A DNA stretch of 63,533 nt, filler included, from Octopus bimaculoides (GCF_001194135.2; 6 parts of 6 records of this genome joined end to end with filler, not necessarily neighbours in it); one strand, 5' to 3'; positions 40,560-53,067 are shown, counted from the whole stretch's first letter. Notes: generated by a model from the letters alone, not told the origin. Made by a program: numbers and translations.

Positions 40560-41320
40560 AGATTATTCTAAACAATACCAAAAAAGCGCTCGAGAAAACG
40601 AGCCCAAATACATACAAATAATTATCGACGAAGAAAAAAGTAAAACTCAACATGTTTAATTCTGTTAAGCAATATAGCACACTTGTAAAACATACATAAC
40701 ATTAAAGGCTCACAAGTATACTAATTACAGTCAACAGAATGTATAGATTTATTTGCATAGGAATCCGTTAATTAGGGATAATCAACGAGTACATTTTAGA
40801 TTCCATAAATATAAAGATATGACACTGAACGATCAACACCATTGATAAAATTATTTAATAATATAAAAAAATAATCCAGCGGCTGATTTACGCAGTTATG
40901 ATATTGTAGAATCGAATCCATTTATTTATTAAGGTTTTTTTCTGGAAACCTCTATAATTTCGAAAAACATAGATCAATATAAACGACAATGATGTGAGTT
41001 CGATAGAACGGGATTAGATAGAGTCAAAGTGTTACTCTTTTGGTGCACACTGTTCCACGTATCCAAAGACCAGGATATATCCCTGAGGAAATAAAGAGGG
41101 AGACACAGAGAGAGACACAGAAGAGATATTTTGATGCAGATATGCAGTTCTGGTGTGCATTCTTTGAGGCCAATGGAAGGATTTTCAAGATCGATAGTAT
41201 TGTTGGCGGTAGGTTTAGTGGAGTGGGAAGGTTTCTGCAATGGAAACAGACCTCGGGCTAAACGGCAACCTAGAAAACGTAGGGCAAATTAGTTGCACAC
41301 ATCTGTTGTGTTCGACTCCT
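40560..41320 (-). mobile_element. Highly decayed Penelope-like GIY-YIG region
   Basis: Reverse strand has a C..C motif followed by NCIS..YL.CVSLC.SLFI-like sequence. Weak match. Confidence 0.35.
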
Positions 41321-41879
41321 AGGCGCCATATATTACAGTGTTAGAAGAACATCCATTAGCCTGTCTAGACTACAGCTCTTCACCTAAATACGTGTGTACG
41401 TGTGTGTGTGTGTGTCTATGTGTATCAGAGTGTTATATATGTGTATATGTGCGTGCATGTTTTTTCTGGTTTGAGCACATATACGAATATGTGTGTGTGT
41501 ATGTGTTTGTTTATGTATGAATGAGAGTATGTGCATGCTGCATGTGTTTCTCTATGTGTAAGTGTGTATCTCTGTAACAAGGCCATTAAATCCATAGACC
41601 GGTTGTGCGTCTGTCTATATTAGTGTAGTTATGTACGTGTGTGTGTGTGTGTGTCTGTTTCTACATATGTATGTGTGCGTGTGTGTGTGTATCTGCGTTC
41701 ATGGAAAGACATGAAACGGTAGTTCAAGTGAGAAGGGCGAGTTCTTGAAATTGTAGTAGTAGTAGTAGTAGTAGTAGTTGTTGTTGTTGTAGGTGATTAA
41801 CCTTTAATGGTGATTAATCTTGAGCACACTACACATCCCCACCACCATCACAACAAATGTATATTCACCATTTTCCTAT

Positions 41880-42366
41880 TTCGTATGGGTTTTTGTTTTT
41901 CCTATCGGTTCAGCCCGTTTTTGATTCATTGTGCATAAAACCGTAACGGTTCAGGGCTTCGTTATTTTTGCGACTAACAAACAAAATCTCTGTCAAACTC
42001 ATCCATTAGCCAGTTCTGAAGCATTTGCAGATATACATCACCGGTCACATTTCCCTCAAAGAAAAACGGGCCATGAAGATGCTTCTTGGAGATGGCGCAC
42101 AAGACATTCACTTTTGGTGAGTGGCACTTATGCTCTCGTTTTAGAGAACTCTCTCACAAATGCACGCTGCACAGTCTTGTTCGACTGTGTTCGCGCATGC
42201 TCCAACACACAAAACACCTTTTCTCTTCCAGTTAATGCCATTTCTATATCTGAAAAGACAAACATATCAAACATTAAACTTAAAATTTTGACCTGTTTCT
42301 ACACATGCTGTTAAAATTTGAAGTCGTTTGATTGCGAAATGTTATCAACTTTTTTGAAACACACTG
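41880..42366 (-). mobile_element. Internally deleted Tc1/mariner-type transposon with TIR
   Basis: Ends tttgaaacacactg|TA. Reverse strand ISKKHLHGPFFFEGNVTGDVYLQMLQNWL matches the GP.FFE..VTG..YL.ML transposase motif. Confidence 0.75.
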
Positions 42367-43126
42367 TATATACATACATACATATATATATATATTATAT
42401 ATACATATATATTTATACATATATATATATATTTGTATATATGTATATACACATATATTTATTTATATTGTATATATGTATACATAAGTGTGTGTATGTG
42501 TAAATATCGTTATGATTATATATACATTTACGTACATTTAAATATATACATAAGTATATATANNNNNNNNNNNNNNNNNNNNNNNNNNNNNNNNNNNNNN
42601 NNNNNNNNNNNNNNNNNNNNNNNNNNNNNNNNNNNNNNNNNNNNNNNNNNNNNNNNNNNNNNNNNNNNNNNNNNNNNNNNNNNNNNNNNNNNNNNNNNNN
42701 NNNNNNNNNNNNNNNNNNNNNNNNNNNNNNNNNNNNNNNNNNNNNNNNNNNNNNNNNNNNNNNNNNNNNNNNNNNNNNNNNNNNNNNNNNNNNNNNNNNN
42801 NNNNNNNNNNNNNNNNNNNNNNNNNNNNNNNNNNNNNNNNNNNNNNNNNNNNNNNNNNNNNNNNNNNNNNNNNNNNNNNNNNNNNNNNNNNNNNNNNNNN
42901 NNNNNNNNNNNNNNNNNNNNNNNNNNNNNNNNNNNNNNNNNNNNNNNNNNNNNNNNNNNNNNNNNNNNNNNNNNNNNNNNNNNNNNNNNNNNNNNNNNNN
43001 NNNNNNNNNNNNNNNNNNNNNNNNNNNNNNNNNNNNNNNNNNNNNNNNNNNNNNNNNNNNNNNNNNNNNNNNNATATGTATATATATATACATTTACATA
43101 TGTATATATATATACATTTACATATG

Positions 43127-43160
<34 letters not shown>

Positions 43161-43789
43161 TATGTAAATATATATATAGAAATGCATATATACGTGTATG
43201 TTGTTTGTGTGTTTACTGTGACCTTTTCAGCTTCTGCATTTGTTATTTACTTTGAACGAGGGAGGGAGAAAATGCTTGGTGTGGCAAACAGAAGAAAGGC
43301 AGGAAGGTAGAAGTACTGCAGTAGCAGCAGCAGCAGTAGTAGTAGTAGTAGTAGTAGAAGTAGTAATCATTGAGGTCGTGATGGTGGTGGTCGTCGTCGT
43401 TGTCGTCGTTGNNNNNNNNNNNNNNNNNNNNNNNNNNNNNNNNNNNNNNNNNNNNNNNNNNNNNNNNNNNNNNNNNNNNNNNNNNNNNNNNNNNNNNNNN
43501 NNNNNNNNNNNNNNNNNNNNNNNNNNNNNNNNNNNNNNNNNNNNNNNNNNNNNNNNNNNNNNNNNNNNNNNNNNNNNNNNNNNNNNNNNNNNNNNNNNNN
43601 NNNNNNNNNNNNNNNNNNNNNNNNNNNNNNNNNNNNNNNNNNNNNNNNNNNNNNNNNNNNNNNNNNNNNNNNNNNNNNNNNNNNNNNNNNNNNNNNNNNN
43701 NNNNNNNNNNNNNNNNNNNNNNNNNNNNNNTATATATATATATATATATGCATATATATATATATGTATGTATATTCATATGTGTATTA

Positions 43790-44285
43790 ATATACACAGC
43801 GGGGCAGAGGGACCAAACTTTGGGGAATAACAGAGTTGGAGAATGGGAGAATGGGGCAGGACAAGCTCCGCCAATACATGCCACAATGGTAGAAACGGAT
43901 GTTAAGCTACTGATCCGAGAGATTGAGAGATGAGTGGAGCCTCAAGGTAAGAAGTTTCGATGAGAGATTAGCATAGCAGACATGGGCGGCAGCTTTGATG
44001 ATGTCTTGGGCAACAACAACGTTGCTTTCGCCGAATTTCTATGAAGGGAAAACCCACAGGGCAGCGACATTTTATTCATGAGCACCTGTGAGCCTGGTTC
44101 TGTAGAAGACAAACTGATGGCCCCTGAGAGAAAGAAATAGAGAGACAGACAGACAGAGAACGGGAAGAAGAGAGATTCAAAGTGTTGGAGAAAGTCTTTG
44201 TTACTGGTTGTCTGTATTACTTTGGAGTTGTTAGAAGTGAAAGCAATGAGGCGACAGTTCGTGAGATCAGGCGGGGTTGCCATTC
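43790..44285 (-). mobile_element. Possible decayed non-LTR ORF1 (gag-like zinc knuckle) fragment
   Basis: A frameshifted reading gives IRFYHCGMYWRSLSCP...PRCVY, resembling degenerate CCHC knuckles. Weak. Confidence 0.3.
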
Positions 44286-45269
44286 ATTGGAATCGGGTAC
44301 AACAATGACATGGTACTAAATTCCAAGCTATATCCACACAGTGTTTGTTGGCACTCCGTCGCTTACGACGTCGAGGGTTCCAGTTGATCCGATCAACGGA
44401 ACAGCCCGCTCGTGAAATTAACGTGCAAGTGGCTGAGCATTCCACAGACACGTAGTTCTCGGGGATATTCAGTGTGACACAGAGTGACAACGCTGACCAT
44501 TTAAATTACCGGCACAACAGAAACAGGAAGTAAGAGTGAGAGAAAGTTGTAGTGAAAGAGTACAGCAGGGTTCGCCACCATCCCCTGCCGGAGCCTCGTG
44601 GAGCTTTAGGTGTGTTCGCTCAATAAACACTCACAACGCCCGGTCTGGGAATCGAAACCGCGATCCTATGACCGCGAGTCCGCTGCCCTAACCACTGGGC
44701 CATTGCGCCTCCACATCCACATAGAATTGCAGACATTACAACACGGTTTAAATTATCATCCTAATATTTATATGTTTTGTTACCAAGCTTCATCAGGCTG
44801 GAAATAAACACCAACAACAACAAAAACGAGACTCGACACAAAGAGAACAACACAAAAAAGAAAACATTCTGTTTAATAATCTTCTGCCAAAACAACAATT
44901 ACTGTGACAGCAGCAACAACAAAAATAACAAAACAAAAAAGCAAACATTCTACTTAAATGCAAAAATAACAACAAATAATTTATGAGCAAAAACAACTGC
45001 ACGAATAACAAGAAGGGGAAAGAAAATCAATAACATTCTATTTTACTTTGCTATGCCCTATCAACACACACATACACATATATATACACACACATACACC
45101 CATACATACATATATGCATACACACATGCATACATACGTATTTATATACGTACATACGTTCGTACGTACGTACACACAAACATACACACATACGTGCGTA
45201 TGTAGATACACATACATGCATGCATACATACTGTTTCGTATTATGAGGTAGCTATACAAACGATCCCAT

Positions 45270-45640
45270 ATCATCCGCCACGCATCACGATAGCACCGCA
45301 TCGACCTGACCATCAGATACCGTTATACACCGCTAGTCCCAATGCACTTCCAATTGTCTTGATTGCGCCGTTCGTTTCCATCGGACCCATGTTGCTTAAT
45401 CAGATCGTTTTCCTATCGTCGTGGAGGCCTTCCAAATGGCTTTTTCCGATCTCTTGGATCCTACTCTGCAACTGCACGGGTTCACCTTGGTGTCTGTGAA
45501 CCTTGTGACATGTCCGAACCAGTGGAGCTTGTGCTTTCGGTTCTCTGCGATTCCATTATTCGCTCCGCTCCGTTCTCGAATTATGCCCTCGTAATTCGAT
45601 CCCATGCATGGATCTTTCCATGGATCCTTTTCGCAGTGGT
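45270..45640 (-). mobile_element. RTE-type LINE 3' fragment
   Basis: KLHWFGHVTR...RVGSKR..KAIW.. RTE C-terminal pattern, degenerate. Confidence 0.65.
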
Positions 45641-46149
45641 GGCTATGGCTGTGGTGGTTATGGTCACAAGAGTTGAAGTCTTAGTTGTATGACAATGGGT
45701 GAACCCTATTTGAATAGACCTATGATCAATGTAGCCCAACCGTGACCATCGCGATCTGTTAGGAGAATGTGTAGGACCACAATACCTTATAAGGCCTTTC
45801 ACTTAAGTGTTTGATTTAAGATATTTACTTGTTTATTTCTCCCGTTTGTCTGGCAATCACCAAAAGCTAGACAATGTTTTTATTGTGGTTTGGGGTAGAA
45901 TTGGTTGCTGCTGGTGTCGGCATTGTTATTGCTGAAGAGTTTAAGGTCGGATAGTTTATTTTCTTGTTTCCCCATTTAACAAATGTACCTACGCACATTC
46001 ACACACACACACACACACTTATATTTGTGTGCGTGCGTTTATATATAATATACATATATATGTATTACATATATATTATAAATATATATATAAACGTGTG
46101 TGTGTGGGTGGGTGTGTCTGTTTGTCTGTATATACATATGTATACAGAG

Positions 46150-46184
<35 letters not shown>

Positions 46185-46619
46185 NNNNNNNNNNNNNNNN
46201 NNNNNNNNNNNNNNNNNNNNNNNNNNNNNNNNNNNNNNNNNNNNNNNNNNNNNNNNNNNNNNNNNNNNNNNNNNNNNNNNNNNNNNNNNNNNNNNNNNNN
46301 NNNNNNNNNNNNNNNNNNNNNNNNNNNNNNNNNNNNNNNNNNNNNNNNNNNNNNNNNNNNNNNNNNNNNNNNNNNNCATACACTATATATTTTGATGTAT
46401 ACTTGTGCAAACGCAGATATATATATATATATATATGTGTGTGTGTATAAGTCTATATATAATGCCATCTATTTAGCTCACTCTATCCCTGTCCTACAAT
46501 CTTTTTCCATCCCTTCTCTCTCCAGACACACACTAACACATAGAACCACACACACACATACACAAACACAGACGCAAGCACACATACACACTTGCACACA
46601 TGCTCCCATACACACTTTC

Positions 46620-46720
46620 AGATACATACGTACACATGCGCGAGCGTGCCGAAACTTCCTCCCCGCGTCTAGGCCTCCCTGTAGGAAGGCTGGAATTAGC
46701 GCCATCTTGTAGACGTGGTC
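46620..46720. promoter_or_regulatory. CpG-containing promoter-like patch with YY1-like and ETS-like motifs
   Basis: gcgcgagcg, ACTTCC (ETS core) and GCGCCATCTTG (YY1-like) within 100 bp in a CpG-poor background. Motif evidence only. Confidence 0.3.
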
Positions 46721-46829
46721 GGTGTAAGAGTGACAAACATGAAGAGATGAGCCAAATGTCAAACGTGCCAACAGAACATTCTGCCATTTATGACGGACAC
46801 GATGCAAGTGAAACACTGGAGTAAACGCA

Positions 46830-47520
46830 TTCGGCAGCTGGTAAGCTTTCTAAGAGAGCGGTAGTGGAGATGGTTAACTAAGCTGGGGGAGCAGGCGTCA
46901 CTTCCACACACGTTTCTGGCACAGCTGTGAAGTCCAGATGTGACTGATTGAGTAGTTGTGACAACCAGAGTTGAAGTGACTGTCGCAGTTGTAACTTCCA
47001 GATGTTAGCTAACCACTGGAACAGATGTCTTCCAAGTGTTAAATGATTAGCGCAGATGTGACTTCCAGACATTAAGTGACAGGTAGAGCAGTTGTGGCTT
47101 CCAGATGTTAACTGACTGGGGAAACAGCTGTGCCCTTTGGATCTCAAAACATTTGAGAATTCCGGATGACAATTCACAAGGTGAGCATTTGGAGCGCATA
47201 GGTCTTAACTTGCTAGTGGAGCACTTGAGACTTGCAGATGTTATCTTAATAGGGAGATAGACGTGTCTTTAAATTCAAAGATGTTATCTTAATAGGGAGA
47301 TAGACGTGTCTTTAAATTCAAAGATGTTATCTTAATAGAGAGATAGACGTTAAGTTGCGAGGGAATTGAAATTTCAATATGTCACTCACTGTAAAAGAAG
47401 CTACGACGGCCCTGTTAACTAACTGGTATGACTAGTAAAGACATTGTGTCTACCAGATGTAATGGTGAAATTACGATGTTTCTTGCTGGTGGAACAGATG
47501 TGATGTCCAGTTGTTAAGTC
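46830..47520 (+). repeat. Degenerate ~33-36-bp repeat tract carrying CAGATGT, plus a 43-bp tandem repeat (47236-47351, 2.7 copies)
   Basis: Recurrent agtgac..gcagttgt.acttccagatgtta units; the 43-mer agatgttatcttaatagggagatagacgtgtctttaaattcaa is repeated. Confidence 0.75.
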
Positions 47521-47664
47521 AAGAAGGAATTACAATGGCAAGACACTGTGATACATATGACTCTTCCAATTATTAGGTTTCAAATTTTGGCACAAGGCCA
47601 GCAATATCGTGGGAGGTGTAACTTGATTACATCGACTCCAGTGCTCAACTGTTACTTATTTAAT

Positions 47665-47712
<48 letters not shown>

Positions 47713-47767
47713 GCGTGCGCGCGCATTAACTGTGGAAGTAGCGTTAATACCAAATGACCGAATGACA

Positions 47768-48253
47768 ATCTTTATATCCAACTTAACGTGGATTTATGGT
47801 CATAACGCCGTATTACTGCAATATTCGCCTTGAGAGATCCTCTCATAGTGTTAATAGTACGGATATATCGTTAGCATACAACAATCGTCTGGTATGGGTG
47901 GCAGAACTACTAGATTGCGTGATATCAGCATACATGCGCTTCATCAGTATCAGGCAACCGCTCACCACATGCTAGCTGAATTCCAGGCTAAACAATCACT
48001 TCTTTATTTCTTATACATCGTTGCCGGTGGAACTTGGCTGGCATACGGTGAACTGACGCTGCTACTGAAGAAGCGCTTGTACGCTAAAATCACCGGATCA
48101 AACAATTCTGCCTCCTATGCTAGACAATTCTCGTCTGCTAACGATATGCCTGTGATTTTAGCCCTATACATCTATATGAGAGGATCTCTCAAGTTGAATA
48201 CTACAGTATTCAGCGTTCTAACAATACACCCAGGTTAAGCTGGATATGAAAAT
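47768..48253. other. ~490-nt imperfect palindrome / long hairpin with two opposite-polarity hammerhead-like motifs
   Basis: Arm 47768-47995 aligns to the reverse complement of 48018-48253. The gapless block 47865-47953 vs 48059-48147 is ~68/89 identical by hand count, and 47829-47847 vs 48175-48193 is a perfect 19-bp block. Confidence 0.9.
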
Positions 48254-48790
48254 TCCAATATATATGAATATATATAGGTAAATACGTATATCATGGCCTT
48301 CGGAAAGGACTCATGAGTTTTAGTGGTCAGAGTATTGACTTCACGATTATAAGCTAGTATGGTCGATACCTGGTTCTACTGATGGCTGTGTGTTGTGTCC
48401 TTGACCAAGGCATTTCATTTTATATTTACACACAGTTTAATCAGCTGCTAGTAATGGCCACCCTCGTGCTGTTGCACTCTTTTCGCCATCTATTTGGCAC
48501 ATTCTCCGCTGGGTCAAGGATGTGAGAACTGAGAGTGTTTATCTGCATACGGCTACATAGATATCTAAAACCAGTATCGGCTATGCTACCAAGCCGTATT
48601 CGCTTGCGAGTGACGGCAACTATTTATGCTTTTTTTCATACGTATACATACATAAGCACAATACTCTACATATAATAAACATGTACGTGTGTGGGTATAC
48701 ATATATACATGTATAAATGAATATATATCTGTATATATGTACGTATATAGATGAATTATAAATACATATGTCCATAAACATAGGTATGTA

Positions 48791-48840
<50 letters not shown>

Positions 48841-49301
48841 NNNNNNNNNNNNNNNNNNNNNNNNNNNNNNNNNNNNNNNNNNNNNNNNNNNNNNNNNNNN
48901 NNNNNNNNNNNNNNNNNNNNNNNNNNNNNNNNNNNNNNNNNNNNNNNNNNNNNNNNNNNNNNNNNNNNNNNNNNNNNNNNNNNNNNNNNNNNNNNNNNNN
49001 NNNNNNNNNNNNNNNNNNNNNNNNNNNNNNNNNNNNNNNNNNNNNNNNNNNNNNNNNNNNNNNNNNNNNNNNNNNNNNNNNNNNNNNNNNNNNNNNNNNN
49101 NNNNNNNNNNNNNNNNNNNNNNNNNNNNNNNNNNNNNNNNNNNNNNNNNNNNNNNNNNNNNNNNNNNNNNNNNNNNNNNNNNNNNNNNNNNNNNNNNNNN
49201 NNNNNNNNNNNNNNNNNNNNATATACATATATATATATATATATAAATATATATACATATATATGCACACATAGGTTCCTTGTAAACATGGCTGTGAAGA
49301 A

Positions 49302-49337
<36 letters not shown>

Positions 49338-50014
49338 GAGAGACCTCAATTAAACATCCACACATATACACAGACGCACATAAACTCACTGAAAAAATTG
49401 TGCGTATACATATGCACACGCACACACCTATTATCTTTTCCTGGACTGAAATTTGTGTCTTAATGTCGCGTATTTTGTTTATTCATTTTTTTTGTGTTTG
49501 TTTTTTTGTGTGTTTTATTATTGCACACAATGAGCTGTCTGTTCCATTGTAGTGACTTCATCACACACCAACACACATACACACACACACACACCAGACA
49601 CTCGCATATACGCAGACACACCAGACACACACAGATACACGTTCCCTCCTTCACCACCCTCTCTTCACTTCTACCACCACCATTACCACCACCGTCAACA
49701 ACAACAACAACACTAATACGAAAGAAATAAAGCCGGAGCTTATCATGGTCGTTCGACAGGCTAGAAATAGCAACATATATATATATATTCTTATATTCTT
49801 TTATAACTCTTCGAAACGCCTGTGTTAGAATGGTGGCAGCTGATGAAGGAAAATGTTCTCTATGTGGCCTGTGTGTTTTCTGTACTCTGGTTATTATTTT
49901 TTTTTTGTCTACGTTTTTTTGCAACGTCCTGTACCCAGATATGCACCTATATATACAGGTAGATGTAGGCATGCTCATACTTGTACGTATATATGCATAT
50001 ACTCATTTATTATT

Positions 50015-50054
<40 letters not shown>

Positions 50055-51121
50055 CAGTGCTGTGCTGATGAGACTTGTTGATATAGAAACACGTTCAAAA
50101 TTGTTCTCTTCTCTCCAGAAAAAGATAGACTACTGTTTCCTTAATGGCAAGTTATTATTAAAAAACTATTGCCCCTCATCTCACTGTGAAGGTTTCAAAA
50201 CGATATGTTTGCCTTTACTTTTGATGACAATGTTCTGCCAATAGACCCCATATTGAATGTGTCTGTGTGTCCACACCAACAGGAATGTTTTCCATATTTA
50301 TCTTAAGGCAATCTCCCCTATAAACGGCACTGTTTATTGTCTTAAATATAACATGAAGCTGCATAGGATGGCCGTACGTTCATCACCGCCACATGCACCA
50401 CCCGCTGCATGTGTGTACATGTGTGTTTGTATGTATATGTCTCCCGATATATGCGCGCATGTATGTATATGGATGGCCGTGTATGCTTCTAAGTATGTAT
50501 GAGGTTGTATGTGTGTATATGGGTATAAGAATAGATGTGTGTGTTTGTATGTATGCGTGTTTGTGGTATATACGTATGAGTGTGTGTGTGTTTGTTTGTA
50601 AGTGTGTATACATGTATATCCACAAGTACGGTATGTTTACATGTATGCATATATACATGCTACAGGCTAAACTTCACGAAAGGCTTACATATTTTCACAT
50701 TTCCATTAATGGCTTATAATTAAAATTTTCTAATTACTCTAATGAGTATTAATGAATTTTTATTTATGTGTTTGTATGTATATGCGTGCTTCATGTGTAT
50801 GTATGATGGATGTATGTATGTATTTATATGTGCAATATATATATATAATATATACATATACGTATGTAATGATATGTACATATATCTTTACATATATATA
50901 TATATACCTATATATATATATATATATATATATACTTATATATATATATATATACACATACATATATATACACATACATATATATATACATATATACATA
51001 TACATATGTATATATAAATATATACATATATATATATATACCTATATATATATATATATTTTATTGATTATATATGTGTATACATGTTTATATGTAGGTA
51101 TTTATGTATATAGGCATATAT

Positions 51122-51161
<40 letters not shown>

Positions 51162-51652
51162 GTATGCTATGTACTTAAACATTTTAATCTTAATTAACAC
51201 AATACACTCTTGCTAACAAAGTGACAAGTTTCACTGAACGAAACAAAAGCATATAATACATTATGTCCATATTTATATATTAGTCTCAATTTAAGCACAA
51301 GGCCAGCAATTTCGAGGGAGGAGTTAAATCGATTGCATCGATCCCAGTGCAGAAATTGGTGAATGAGTGAGTGAGTGAGTGAGTGAGTGAGTGAGAAAGA
51401 CAACGCTGTGCTGAAGACGTTCATTGAGGTAGAAACACAGAAAACTGTGCTGGTGTCTCCAGGAGGATTATTTGATCCTTAATACTATGCTAATACATAA
51501 GATTATCTCTCATTCTCATAGTGGAGGTCTCGAGATGTTAATGGATTAACGGATTTAGCGAAGCTATTTTCCGACCTCCACACAATGGACTAATACAGAA
51601 TTATGAATAATCTTTAATGAGGAAATATTTAACGCGATACAGTCGTGTCTTG

Positions 51653-51702
<50 letters not shown>

Positions 51703-51805
51703 CTCTCAGACGCACTCGTATATACATACAAACTTGCTCACGCTTTATAAATAGTCACATACAATGAAACACATACATATATGCACGTAGCACACATACA
51801 TATGT

Positions 51806-51896
<91 letters not shown>

Positions 51897-52019
51897 GTGT
51901 CTATTACAGGCGCGCTATCACATCCAACACCTCTGGCACTCAGCTATTTACAAGACAACCAAGAAAACCAAAAGCTTTCAAACTATCTTTGGAAATTGGA
52001 AACCACTCGCTAAATTACT

Positions 52020-52470
52020 CTCAACGCCATCACCGCAACCATCACCACTATCTTCAACACCAACACCATTACCATCATCATCAACAGCATCATCATCATC
52101 ATCGTCATCACAATCAACATCATCACCACCATCATCATCATCATCATCATCACCTTATCATCGTCATCATCATCATCATCCCCATCATCGTTATCTTCCT
52201 CCTCCTCCTCCTCCTCCCCATCATCACCATCATCATCATCGTCATCACCATCATCATCATCGTCATCACCATCATCATCATCGTCATCACCATCATCATC
52301 ATCGTCATCACCATCATCACCATCATCATCATCGTCATCACCATCATCATCATCGTCATCACCATCATCATCATCATCGTCATCGTCATCGTCATCGTTA
52401 TCATCATCGTCGTCGTCGTCGTCATCGTCATCGCCTCCGTCGCCGTGGTCGTCGTCACCCCCGGCATCAC
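52020..52470. repeat. Compound (CAT/CGT/CAC)n triplet array with an 18-nt higher-order unit
   Basis: CATCATCATCGTCATCAC is repeated about six times within a longer CAT-rich tract. Confidence 0.9.
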
Positions 52471-53003
52471 TGCCTTCGACACTGTCTTCTCCCCCCATAT
52501 TACCACCGCCACCACCACAACAACAACCAACAACCACCGCAGCTACTACCACTACTAACCTATCACAACCTCCACCCAGACACACATACACACAGAACTA
52601 CTACCATCGCTACAACTACCACCGCTACTACCACACCACCACTATTCTACCACCAATACTAAGACTACAAAACTTGCCGACGGCTTGTAACTCAGCACCC
52701 AGCTTAGGTCACGTGTCTACATACTAATTCCGCCATGTTGGAAAATATACCCCGGTGGATAAAAACGCTAGACGCTAGGGTGGCAGCAGTATTGTAGTAG
52801 TAGTAGTAGTAGTAGTAGTAGTGATGCATTAGCAGCTGCAGTAGTGTTATTAGTAGTATTACAATCACCACTTTTTCCTCTTCTTCTTTCCCTCCTTCTT
52901 TTCCTTCTTTTTCTTCCCTTTTCCTTCTTCGTCTTCTTCTTTTCCTTTTTCTTCTTTTTCTTTTCCTTCTTCTTCTTTATCTCCTACACTCTATCTCTTC
53001 TTT

Positions 53004-53067
<64 letters not shown>

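Noticed and set aside
46713-46824. Possible SLC6 terminal exon (..MSQMSNVPTEHSAIYDGHDASETLE*)
   Set aside because: Lies across a linker, the intervening TM9-12 exons are absent, and there is no sequence support.
47894-48238. 114-aa ORF spanning the long hairpin (Obelisk- or delta-antigen-like protein?)
   Set aside because: Arm-to-arm differences show no third-position bias, the mirrored frame has several stops, and no motif is recognisable.
49800-49850. CGAAAC...CTGATGA as a type II hammerhead
   Set aside because: Stems I and III could not be formed convincingly.
51781-52662. 293-aa His/Ser/Pro-rich ORF and overlapping poly-Asp/Met/Ile ORFs
   Set aside because: Triplet repeats are open in most frames on both strands; no splice or domain support.
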